A stretch of 64,000 nt of DNA from Vicinamibacterales bacterium. GTDB taxonomy: Bacteria > Acidobacteriota > Vicinamibacteria > Vicinamibacterales > CAVVIG01. Both the position numbers and the translations under genes were made by a program. The stretch is taken from NCBI GenBank assembly GCA_035534615.1, contig DATLRO010000082.1:436-64435 (forward strand), read 5' to 3'. A model generated the notes under the pieces. The model had not been told where the DNA came from. It saw only the letters and a list, made by a program, of their open reading frames with translations, and did no database searches. Below, in pieces: positions 1 through 8,472 of this stretch (positions are counted from its first letter, which is position 1; each line of letters opens with the position of its first letter).

Positions 1-1
1 C

Positions 2-1048
2 GGCGGCCCGCTGCCGGCGGAGACGCGCGCGACCTGCGGCGACTGCGCGATGCTGCCGCGCACGGCGGATCCGGCCGGCACGGACTATTTCTTCACGCCG
101 CAGATCAAGTGCTGCACGTACCTGCCCGAGCTGGCCAACTTCCTCACCGGCCGGATCCTCCGCGACACCGATCCGGCGTCGGCTGAAGGCCGCGCGACGG
201 TCGAACGGCGGCTGTCGGCCGGCGTGGGGGTGACCCCGCTGGGGCTCGGGCAGCCGGCCAGTTACCTGCTCTGGTACAACAACAGCGCCGCGTCGTTCGG
301 GCGCGCCCGGGCGCTGCGCTGCCCGCACTATCTCGAAGAGGGCGGACGGTGCGGCGTCTGGCGGCATCGCGAATCGACCTGCGCGACCTGGTTCTGCAAG
401 CACGATCGTGGCGCGGTGGGCCGCCAGTTCTGGCGCGAGGGGCTGCACCGCCTGCTCAAGGCCGTGGAAGGGGCGCTCGCGCGCTGGTGCGTCCTGGAGC
501 TGGATCCGGGCAGCGCCGCGCTCGTGCGGCTCGTCGAAACGACCGAGAGCGGCGAGACGATCGACGAAGGCCAGCTCGACGGCGCGGTCGATCCGCGGAC
601 CTACCGGACGCTGTGGGGCCGGTGGGCCGGACGCGAGCGGGAGTTCTTCGAGGCGTGCGCCGCGCGGGTCGACGATCTCGGCTGGGAGGAGGTCGCCGGC
701 ATCTGCGGACCGGACGTCCGGCTGTTCGCGCGCCTGACCCGGGAGGCCTACGGGCAGCTGCACCGCCACGACGTCGCCCCCGCCCTGCGCTGCGGCACGT
801 TCCGGGTCATCTGGCTCCGCGCGAACACGGCCCGGCTGTCGACGTACAGCGATTTCGATCCGATCGACGTGCCGGCGCCGGTGCTCGGCGCGCTGCAGTA
901 CTTCGAGGCGCAGCCGACCGGCCAGGCGCTCCACGCCATTGCGGAGCAGGAAGGCTTCACGCTGGAGCCGGCTTTGATCCGCAAGCTCACCGACTTCGGC
1001 GTCCTCGTGCCGGCGACCGGGCGGGACGACCGCCGGGGGCCGGCCTGA
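2..1048 (+). CDS. YkgJ/UPF0153-like cysteine-cluster (putative Zn/Fe-chelating) protein; 5' end lies outside the window
   Basis: The frame of ORF 50..1048 stays open back to nt 2 (..ATCGDCAMLPR..). It has CxxC ... KCC followed by CPHYLEEGGRCGVWRHRESTCATWFC, the spacing typical of the CxxCxxCC family. Composition is protein-like, unlike the overlapping Arg/Pro-rich frames. Confidence 0.6.
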   Translation, partial: GGPLPAETRATCGDCAMLPRTADPAGTDYFFTPQIKCCTYLPELANFLTGRILRDTDPASAEGRATVERRLSAGVGVTPLGLGQPASYLLWYNNSAASFGRARALRCPHYLEEGGRCGVWRHRESTCATWFCKHDRGAVGRQFWREGLHRLLKAVEGALARWCVLELDPGSAALVRLVETTESGETIDEGQLDGAVDPRTYRTLWGRWAGREREFFEACAARVDDLGWEEVAGICGPDVRLFARLTREAYGQLHRHDVAPALRCGTFRVIWLRANTARLSTYSDFDPIDVPAPVLGALQYFEAQPTGQALHAIAEQEGFTLEPALIRKLTDFGVLVPATGRDDRRGPA

Positions 1049-1084
1049 CACGGGCCGCTCCGGCGCCGGCGTCCGGGCGGGCGC

Positions 1085-1867
1085 TCAGTCGAACACGAGA
1101 TGGACGCCGCGCCCGTCCGACGCCGGCACGAAGCTCGGCTCCACGTCGAACACGGCGCGGACCAGGTCGCGCGTCAGGACGGTCTCGGCCGGCCCCTGCG
1201 CCGCGATGCCGCCGTCGCGCATCAGGATGAGCCGGTCGGCGAAGCGCGCGGCCAGGCCGAGGTCGTGGACGACGCCGACCGTCACGACGTCCGGCGCCCG
1301 GCCGAAGGCGCGCACCTTCTTCATGAAGTCGAGCTGGTGGCGGATGTCGAGGAACGTCAGCGGCTCGTCCAGGAACAGATACCGGTGCCCCTGGGGCATC
1401 GGCTCCCAGATCTGGGCCAGGACTCGCGCGAAATTCACGCGCTGCTGCTCGCCGCCGCTGAGCGTGGCATAAGATCGGTCGGCGAGGACGGCGACGTCGA
1501 AGAAGTCCATGACTTCCTGGCAGATGGCCTCGTCGTGCCGGGACGGCCGCCCCCCGAAGTGCGGGTAGCGCCCCATCTTCACGACCTCGTGCACGCTGAG
1601 CGGAAAGGCGAGTTCCATCGCCTGCGACAGCACCGCCCGCCGCGTCGCCAGCTCGCTGTCGGCCCACTCCGCGGCATCCCGTCCGGCATAGACGACCCGT
1701 CCGCCCGAGGGGCGCAGCAGCCGCGAGAGCAGCTTGATGAAGGTCGACTTGCCGGCGCCGTTCGGCCCCATGATGAGGTGCAGCTGCCCCGGCTCGAACC
1801 GGGCGGACAGCCCGTGAACGAGCTCGCGCCCGCCGGCCCGATAGGAAACGTCGATCGCTTCGAGCAT
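1085..1867 (-). CDS. ABC transporter ATP-binding protein, FecE/HmuV/BtuD type (iron-chelate, hemin or cobalamin import)
   Basis: 260 aa. Walker A GPNGAGKST, signature LSGGEQQR, Walker B LFLDEP. It is the last gene of a same-strand binding-protein/permease/ATPase set. Confidence 0.9.
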   Translation of the reverse strand: MLEAIDVSYRAGGRELVHGLSARFEPGQLHLIMGPNGAGKSTFIKLLSRLLRPSGGRVVYAGRDAAEWADSELATRRAVLSQAMELAFPLSVHEVVKMGRYPHFGGRPSRHDEAICQEVMDFFDVAVLADRSYATLSGGEQQRVNFARVLAQIWEPMPQGHRYLFLDEPLTFLDIRHQLDFMKKVRAFGRAPDVVTVGVVHDLGLAARFADRLILMRDGGIAAQGPAETVLTRDLVRAVFDVEPSFVPASDGRGVHLVFD

Positions 1868-1933
1868 GACGGCTAGACCCGCGCGCGTCCGAACGACTTC
1901 GCGCCGCCCGGGCGGGACTCGCCGCGTCCGGGA

Positions 1934-2971
1934 TCAGAAGACATATTCACGGTGGCGCAGCAGCGAAATGAACACCGGCACGCCGACGACCGAGGTGACG
2001 ATGCCGATCGGCAGCTCGGCCGGGTGGAGCGCCAGCCGGGCGACGAGGTCGGCCAGCGTCAGCAGGATGCCGCCCACGAGCGCGCTGCCGATGATGAGGT
2101 ACCGGTTCTCGGCCCCCTTTATCATGCGCAGGATGTGCGGCACCACCAGACCGACGAAGGCGATCACCCCGGTGAACGCCGTCGCCACGGCCACGATGAC
2201 CACGTTGATCGTCATGACGATCCACTTCAGGCGGTTGACGTTGACGCCCAGATAGATCGCTTCCTCTTCGCCGATCATCAACGCGTTCAACTGCTTGGCG
2301 TAGCGCAGCGCCAGCAGCGTGCCGCCGATCGTGGTGAGACCGACGGTCGTCACCGCGTGCCAGTTCGCCCCCGACAGCGTCCCCAGGTTCCAGAACGTGA
2401 TCGAGCGCGCCTGCGGATCCCGCGCGATGTAGGCCATGAACCCGACGCCGCTCAGGAACAGCGCGTTGACGGCCAGGCCGGTCAGCAGGAGCATCACGAT
2501 CGAGCTGCGGCCGGTGGCCTTGTTCTGCGCCAGAACGAACACCATGTAGGTGGCCACGATGCCTCCCGCGCAGGCCGCGACCGGCAACTCCCAGGGCTGT
2601 GCCGTGAACTTCAGCATGCCGGTCAGCACGAAGAAGATCGCGGCGCCGAATGCGGCGCCGCTCGAGGTGCCGACCAGGCCGGGCTCGACGATCGGATTGC
2701 GGAAGAGCCCCTGCATCAGCGCGCCGCCGACCCCCAACGCCGCGCCGGTGAGGACACACAGGATCGCCCGCGGCAGCCGGATGTCCATGAAGATCCGCTC
2801 GTTGAGCGTGCCGCCAGCATGTCCCGGCCACAACGTGCCGAGCGCCCGCCAGATCTGGGCGGGCGAGAAGTCGATGGCGCCGAAGCAGACCGACGCCGCC
2901 ATGAGGAGACAGAGGACGAGCAGCAGGACGAACAGCAGCCTGTGGCCGCTGTCACGCGAGGGCGAGGTCAT
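1934..2971 (-). CDS. FecCD/BtuC-family ABC permease
   Basis: ORF 1934..3424 trimmed to MTSPSRDSGHRLLFVLLL... (345 aa). It is polytopic and hydrophobic with the FecCD-like segment GVIAFVGLVVPHILR. Its start makes a 4-nt ATGA overlap with the stop of the upstream binding-protein gene. Confidence 0.9.
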   Translation of the reverse strand: MTSPSRDSGHRLLFVLLLVLCLLMAASVCFGAIDFSPAQIWRALGTLWPGHAGGTLNERIFMDIRLPRAILCVLTGAALGVGGALMQGLFRNPIVEPGLVGTSSGAAFGAAIFFVLTGMLKFTAQPWELPVAACAGGIVATYMVFVLAQNKATGRSSIVMLLLTGLAVNALFLSGVGFMAYIARDPQARSITFWNLGTLSGANWHAVTTVGLTTIGGTLLALRYAKQLNALMIGEEEAIYLGVNVNRLKWIVMTINVVIVAVATAFTGVIAFVGLVVPHILRMIKGAENRYLIIGSALVGGILLTLADLVARLALHPAELPIGIVTSVVGVPVFISLLRHREYVF

Positions 2972-3870
2972 TGTGAGGGTGGCTGATGGATCAGCTTCGC
3001 GATCGTGAGGACGTTGGCGCCGGTGTCCGGGTTGAGGTACATCAGCTGGTGTTCCGTCACGCGGTAAATCCGGTTGTGCCGGGCCGCGCTCGTCTCGGCC
3101 ACGCCAGGCAGCGTCTTCGCCGCCGCCATCGAGCCGAGCTTGTCGTAACCGAAGGCGGTCATCAGGATGACGTCCGGATTCGCCTCGGCGACGATCTCCG
3201 GCGACAGCAGGCGCTGCATCCCGCTGCGGCCGCCGATCGCCATCCGGCCGCCCGCCCACGCGATCATCTGACCGGCACCGGCGGCGTCGCCGCCCCCGTG
3301 TCCGGTCACCGTGAGGTACACGTTCGACGCCTGCCCGTAATGAATGATCGCCACGCGCGGGGAATCGTGATACTGCTTCACCGCCTCGAGCGACGCGGCC
3401 ATCTGGCGGTCGAGCCGCTGACACAGCTCCTCCGCGCGCGCCTCCTTGTGGAAGAACGCGCCCATCTCCCGGATCAGCGCCTCGAGATCGGGAATCGTGT
3501 CGTTCGTATGCGTGAACGTCTTCGTCGGCACGCCGAGCTCGTGGAGCTGCTGCAGGACCTGCGGCGGCCCGACGTTGCCGTCCTCGATCACGACGGTCGG
3601 CCTGAGCGACAGGATGCTCTCGGCGCTCAGCGCGCGATGGTAGCCGATGGTCGCGACGCTCTTGATGGCCGGCGGATAGGTGCTCGACCAGTCGACGGCG
3701 ACGACCGACTGCTGTGCCCCGAGCGCCCAGATGATCTCGTTATAGAGCTGGGAAATGACGACGTCGCGCGGGCCCGTGGCCGCGGAAGCGGCCTTGCGGC
3801 CGAACCGGCCGCACGAGGTGACGAGCAGCGCCGCGAGCAGGAAGCCGGCGAGTGGTCTGAAGCGCCCCAT
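2968..3870 (-). CDS. Periplasmic substrate-binding lipoprotein of a hemin/siderophore/cobalamin ABC importer (HmuT/BtuF-like)
   Basis: 300 aa. Lipoprotein signal ...LLAALLVTSC. The length and two-lobe pattern are typical of class III binding proteins. Operon context with the permease and ATPase. The substrate cannot be assigned from sequence alone. Confidence 0.8.
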   Translation of the reverse strand: MGRFRPLAGFLLAALLVTSCGRFGRKAASAATGPRDVVISQLYNEIIWALGAQQSVVAVDWSSTYPPAIKSVATIGYHRALSAESILSLRPTVVIEDGNVGPPQVLQQLHELGVPTKTFTHTNDTIPDLEALIREMGAFFHKEARAEELCQRLDRQMAASLEAVKQYHDSPRVAIIHYGQASNVYLTVTGHGGGDAAGAGQMIAWAGGRMAIGGRSGMQRLLSPEIVAEANPDVILMTAFGYDKLGSMAAAKTLPGVAETSAARHNRIYRVTEHQLMYLNPDTGANVLTIAKLIHQPPSQ

Positions 3871-3993
3871 GCGTCTGGAGCGTACTACGCCAGCTCAACT
3901 ACTACCCGCGCTCGTAATTCGCGGGCGCCGCCGCACGCCGCTCCCCCGCCCTTCCGACCGCACGCGCGGGCGCGCGCCCTGCCGCGGCCGGGC

Positions 3994-4407
3994 TCAGCGG
4001 CCCTCGCCGCCAGGCTCGAAGAGGAGCGCGGCGCCGTTCATGCAATAGCGCTGGCCGGTCGGCGGGGGGCCGTCGGGGAAAACGTGGCCGAGGTGCCCGC
4101 CGCAGCGCGCGCAGTGGACCTCGGTGCGGGTCATGAAGAAACGGCGGTCGGTCGTGAGGCCGATCGCCCGCTCGATCGGCGCCCAGAAGCTCGGCCACCC
4201 GGTGCCGCTCTCGAATTTCGTCCCGGACGAGAACAGCCGCTGTCCGCACCCGGCGCAGACGAACGTCCCCTCCCGCTTCTCGTCGTTCAGCGCGCTCGAG
4301 CCGGCCCGCTCGGTGCCGTGCTGCCGGAGCACGTGGAACTGTTCCGGATCGAGCGCACGCCGCCACTCGTCCTCGCTCTTGACCACCTCGAATGTTTCGT
4401 CCGCCAT
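3994..4407 (-). CDS. msrB: Peptide-methionine (R)-S-oxide reductase MsrB
   Basis: ORF 3994..5481 trimmed to MADETFEVVK... (137 aa). Two zinc CxxC pairs (CAGCGQ, CARCGG), GWPSF, and the catalytic RYCMNGAAL motif. Confidence 0.92.
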   Translation of the reverse strand: MADETFEVVKSEDEWRRALDPEQFHVLRQHGTERAGSSALNDEKREGTFVCAGCGQRLFSSGTKFESGTGWPSFWAPIERAIGLTTDRRFFMTRTEVHCARCGGHLGHVFPDGPPPTGQRYCMNGAALLFEPGGEGR

Positions 4408-4598
4408 ATCGCCGTAGGATACCGCGGCCGACCGGCGGCGCGGCGGGATTTTCGAGGCCGGTGGCGCGCCCGCCCGTCGAGGCCGGATACGCCAGGGAAG
4501 GATCAGACCAGGGCGGGTGACGCGGCCGCAGGCCGGCTGCGACGATGGAGCCCGGCCGCCGTGCGGCGGCCGGGCTCCGGTCGGACGGAACACCTGTT

Positions 4599-7160
4599 CT
4601 AGAACTTCACCGTCAGGGCGCCGTAGGCGGTGAACGGCTGGCCCGGATAGGCCAGGATGTAGCCGCCGTTCGGCGTGCCGAAGTAACCGCCCGAGCTGAT
4701 GTACTCGTACTCGTTGTACTGTTTGTTCAGCAGGTTGAGCATCGTCAGGCTGAACTCCACGTACCGGAACGGAATCTTGACGCCGGCATTGACCGTGCCG
4801 AACGCCGCTTCGGTCTGCGGGCTCGGCGCGCCGGTCGTGTTGTCGAAGATGTGCTGCGCGCCGGTGTACTGGAACGACGCCGTCGGCTCGATGTCGAGCC
4901 CGTGCGCCTCGAGGTTGAAGTAGGCGCCGACGTCGAGCGTGGACGACGGGACGTACGGCACCGGCGCGCCGTTGTAGCTGACGCCGCCGGTCACGTAGCT
5001 CGAGTACTTCGCCTTCTCGATGCTCACGTTCGCGAACAGGTGCGTGCTGCTGGCCGGCGAATCGTCCAGGAAGATGTTGGCGCCGTCGTAGGCCGACGAC
5101 CCGTTCGCGGAAATGGTGCCGCCGGTCGCCAGGTCGATGTCGATCTCCTGGTCGTCGTAGTTCTCGTGGTAGTAGGCCGCGCCGAACAGCAGCGTGGACA
5201 GCGGGCCGGACACGTTCGGGTGCACCTTGAAGCCGGCCTGGTAGTAGTGCTGCCGCGCCAGGTGGTAGCTGTTCGGGTCGACCTTCTGGAACGGCCCGCC
5301 GCCCCCGCCGACCTGCGGCGTCTTCAGCGCCCCCATGTACCCGCCGTAGACCGTGAGCCACGGCGCCGCGGCCGCCGTCAGGTTGATCGACGGCTCGACG
5401 CCGCTGCGGGTCTGCGAGTCGGTGCAGACGGCGCCCTGGTCGGTGGCGTTTCCCGGCGTCGACACCAGCGTCGACGGACAATGCGTGCTGAGCACCACGC
5501 CGGGGGCGAAGGTGAAGTCCTGCAGCGCGTTGTTGGTGTAACTGGTGGCGAACCTGACGTAGCGCACGCCCGGGGTGATCTCCAGCCGTGGCGCGACCTG
5601 GATTTCGTCCTGCACGAAGACCGCCGCGTCGTTCATGTCGAAGTACGACGATCGGATCTTGCCGCCGATGTTCACGACGTTCGTGGCGCCGCCGTACGCC
5701 GGATTGTAGAAGTTGTTCCGGCTGTTGTACAGCGTGTGGATGTAGTAGGCGCCCTCCTTGATCGTGTTGCGCGGCAGGTCCTCCGCCAGCGTCACCTGGT
5801 CGCCGCCCGTGTTCGTGTGCGGGCTGTTGTATTCGTTCAGCTGCGGCCCCGGGCTGTACACGTCGTTCAGCCGGCTGTGCAGCCGGTAGATGTGCATGTA
5901 CCAGGTCGTGTTCTCCAGCGTCGTCCTGCTGTTCAGCACGAAGCGCTCCCGCCCGTATCCCAGCCCCATCAGGTTGGTGTCGTCCTTGTTGTAGCTGTTG
6001 TACGGCAGCGTGCTGTAGAAGCCGGACGTCTGCTGGCTGTACACCGCGCTGCCCGGCTGCGCGTCCACCGTGATCCCCTGGTTCGTCGTCGGGATCACCT
6101 GGGCGCGGTAGCCCTGGCTCCGCGCGAAGTAGCCGCCGGCGCTGAAGCTGCCGTGCCCGTCGAAGCTCTTCGCCCCCTTGCCGAACAGCGCGTAGTCCTT
6201 GCTCGGGTTGCCGAAGCTGTCCCCGATGCCCTGGCGGAAGCTGTTGCCGCTCCCGCCGCCGCCGGCCAACACGCCGGACCAGCCGTGATGGATGCCGCTG
6301 TTCAGGTTGAACGCGAAGTTCTTCTGGCTGAACCGACCGAAGGTCGCCGACAGGTCGCCGCCCGGCTTCGCCGACGGCTGGACCGGCGTGAACTCAATCG
6401 ATCCGCCGACATTGTTGTAGTAACGGGTCGCCGGATCGCCCGGGCCGTACGTGACGTTGGTGTTCTGAATCAGCGACGTCTGCGGCAGCGTGTTCGACTG
6501 CCACAGGTTCGTGGCCGGATCCGCAATCGGCACGCCGTCGAAGGTGACCGCCAGCGAGCCGCTGTCGGTCAGTCCGCCGTAGCCGCCCCATCCCTGGTGA
6601 ATCCCGTTCACCGCGATGGTGCTCTTGGTGGCGCCGGTGCTGCCGTACCCGGTGACATTCGAGCCGGGGGCCAGCGAGATGATCTGCCCGGCGCCGGCCA
6701 GCGGCCCGAGGGTGTCGATCTGCGTCCGATCGAGCACCCGCAGCGTCTGGTCCGAGGTGAACACCTCCTGCGGGGTCGGCTGGTGCGTGGCGCCCGCCAC
6801 CTCGCTCCCGCGGACGACCACCGACTGCTGCACCCGGCTCAGCGAGACCGTGGCCGTGAGACTCAGCGTCTGGCCGGGCCGGAGCTTCACGTTCTCCTGC
6901 TGGAACGCCGCAAAGCCCGGCTTGGACACCGTGACGACGTACCGGCCGGCCGGCAGTCCGGTGACCTGGAACGTGCCGTCCGGCCCCGTCATCGCCGCGC
7001 GCGTGATGCCGCCCGCTGCGCCCGTCACCGTGATCTGCGCGTCGGGGACCACGGCCCCGGTGGGATCGAGCACCTTCCCTCTGATGCCCGCGGACTGAGC
7101 CGCCGAAACAAGAAGCGCGCTACTGAAAAGGAATACACACACCAGCAGGAGCCTGCGCAT
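4599..7160 (-). CDS. TonB-dependent outer-membrane receptor with an N-terminal carboxypeptidase-regulatory-like domain
   Basis: 853 aa. Signal peptide MRRLLLVCVFLFSSALLVSAAQS. The segment GKVLDPTGAVVPDAQITV...GPDGTFQVTGLPAGRYVVTVSKPGF is CarboxypepD_reg-like. A long Gly/Tyr/Asn-rich beta-barrel follows and ends in the aromatic terminal residue (...LTVKF). Confidence 0.85.
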   Translation of the reverse strand: MRRLLLVCVFLFSSALLVSAAQSAGIRGKVLDPTGAVVPDAQITVTGAAGGITRAAMTGPDGTFQVTGLPAGRYVVTVSKPGFAAFQQENVKLRPGQTLSLTATVSLSRVQQSVVVRGSEVAGATHQPTPQEVFTSDQTLRVLDRTQIDTLGPLAGAGQIISLAPGSNVTGYGSTGATKSTIAVNGIHQGWGGYGGLTDSGSLAVTFDGVPIADPATNLWQSNTLPQTSLIQNTNVTYGPGDPATRYYNNVGGSIEFTPVQPSAKPGGDLSATFGRFSQKNFAFNLNSGIHHGWSGVLAGGGGSGNSFRQGIGDSFGNPSKDYALFGKGAKSFDGHGSFSAGGYFARSQGYRAQVIPTTNQGITVDAQPGSAVYSQQTSGFYSTLPYNSYNKDDTNLMGLGYGRERFVLNSRTTLENTTWYMHIYRLHSRLNDVYSPGPQLNEYNSPHTNTGGDQVTLAEDLPRNTIKEGAYYIHTLYNSRNNFYNPAYGGATNVVNIGGKIRSSYFDMNDAAVFVQDEIQVAPRLEITPGVRYVRFATSYTNNALQDFTFAPGVVLSTHCPSTLVSTPGNATDQGAVCTDSQTRSGVEPSINLTAAAAPWLTVYGGYMGALKTPQVGGGGGPFQKVDPNSYHLARQHYYQAGFKVHPNVSGPLSTLLFGAAYYHENYDDQEIDIDLATGGTISANGSSAYDGANIFLDDSPASSTHLFANVSIEKAKYSSYVTGGVSYNGAPVPYVPSSTLDVGAYFNLEAHGLDIEPTASFQYTGAQHIFDNTTGAPSPQTEAAFGTVNAGVKIPFRYVEFSLTMLNLLNKQYNEYEYISSGGYFGTPNGGYILAYPGQPFTAYGALTVKF

Positions 7161-7342
7161 GCCGTGAAGCCTCCATGGAAGCCATCGATGGAACGCACGA
7201 GCACACGCTCATGCCTGAAAGGAGATTCCATCAAGCGTCGGAGACCGAGTATCTCTGCGCGGCGTTACGTGCGAATCACGGGCTGGTGAACGGGCAGTAA
7301 ACTCTCTCCCGGCGGATCACCGACGTCGACCCCCCTGGCCAG

Positions 7343-7380
7343 GCGTCTGTACAGACGGAAGGCCGGCGCCCGGGCCGGCC
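7343..7380 (-). terminator. Candidate intrinsic terminator downstream of korB
   Basis: About 37 nt after the korB stop, the minus-strand RNA reads GGCCGGC-CCGGGC-GCCGGCC (7-bp GC stem) followed by UUCCGUCU and a second short palindrome, CGUCUGUACAGACG. The U-tract is weak. Coordinates are +/-2 nt. Confidence 0.35.
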
Positions 7381-7416
7381 CTCGCGATCGACGACGAAGG
7401 GGCTGCGGTCTCCGGG

Positions 7417-8472
7417 CTACCGATACTCTTCCTGCAGCGCCTGCAGGGCGGTGTTGCCCGGGCAGAGCGACGCGTACGGCAGGTCCACCAGCGGGGTCGC
7501 CGTCGTACGGGCGAGCGCGTGCAGGTCCCTGGTCCCCTCGTCGATGTAGAGCAGGCCGGTCACCACCTCGCCGAGCTCCTGGTGGCGGCGCACGTGCGCG
7601 TAGGCCGCGTCGCGGTCGGTCGGGTCGTAGCTGTCGTCCGTCCGGCGGAAGCGGACCACGCTCCCGTCGTGCATTCGGACGGCCGTCACGGCGTCGGCCG
7701 CCTGCGGCGCGGAGATCTCCGTCCGCAGCGGCACGAAATCGACCGGTGCCAGCTCCTCGTAGTGCTCGCGCGTGTAGCGGTAGCTCTTGGTCGAGCCGAC
7801 GTGGTCGTTGAAGCTCACGCACGGCGAGATGACGTCGACCAGCGCGAAGCCGTTGTGGCGGAGCCCGGCCTTGAGGATCGGCACGAGCTGCGCCTTGTCG
7901 CCCGAGAAGCTCCGCGCGACGAAGGTGGCGCCGAGGCTCAGCGCCAGCAGCACGGGGTCGATCGGCGGCTGCTCGTTCGCCTCCCCCTTCTTCGAGGTCG
8001 AGCCGACGTCGGCCGACGCCGAGAACTGCCCCTTGGTCAGCCCGTACACGCCGTTGTTCTCGAGCAGGTACAGCAGGTTCACGTTGCGGCGGATGGCGTG
8101 GCACAGCTGGCCGAGGCCGATCGACAGGGAGTCGCCGTCGCCCGAGATGCCGACGAACACGAGGCTGCGGTTGGCGGCGTTGGCCCCGGTGGCCAGCGCG
8201 GGCATCCGGCCGTGCACGCCGTTGAAGCCGTGCGACTGCCGCATGAAGTACGCGGTCGTCTTGGACGAACAGCCGATGCCGCTCATCTTGGCGGCGCGGT
8301 GCGGCGGCACGTCGAGCTCCCAGAACGCCGTGATGAGCGCGGCGGTCACCGAGTCGTGCCCGCAGCCGGCGCAGAGGGTCGACATGGCGCCCTCGTAGTC
8401 GCGCCGCGTGAGGCCGAGCGCGTTCTTCGGCAGTGACGGATGCGTGACGGGCGGCTTCAGTATGGACGTCAT
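7417..8472 (-). CDS. korB: 2-oxoglutarate/2-oxoacid:ferredoxin oxidoreductase beta subunit (TPP-binding)
   Basis: ORF 7417..9909 trimmed to MTSILKPPVTHPS... (351 aa). Cys motif CAGCGH and the TPP motif GDGDSLSIG...NNGVYGLTKGQ. ATGA overlap with the korA stop. Confidence 0.92.
   Translation of the reverse strand: MTSILKPPVTHPSLPKNALGLTRRDYEGAMSTLCAGCGHDSVTAALITAFWELDVPPHRAAKMSGIGCSSKTTAYFMRQSHGFNGVHGRMPALATGANAANRSLVFVGISGDGDSLSIGLGQLCHAIRRNVNLLYLLENNGVYGLTKGQFSASADVGSTSKKGEANEQPPIDPVLLALSLGATFVARSFSGDKAQLVPILKAGLRHNGFALVDVISPCVSFNDHVGSTKSYRYTREHYEELAPVDFVPLRTEISAPQAADAVTAVRMHDGSVVRFRRTDDSYDPTDRDAAYAHVRRHQELGEVVTGLLYIDEGTRDLHALARTTATPLVDLPYASLCPGNTALQALQEEYR

Noticed and set aside
7237-7249. 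gtcggagaccgag, loosely resembling a cobalamin-riboswitch B12 box, in the TonB-receptor leader region.
   Set aside because: It lies on the plus strand, antisense to the receptor mRNA. The other conserved riboswitch blocks (GGGAA..GGTG..AA..CC etc.) are not seen. It needs an Infernal scan to be fully excluded.
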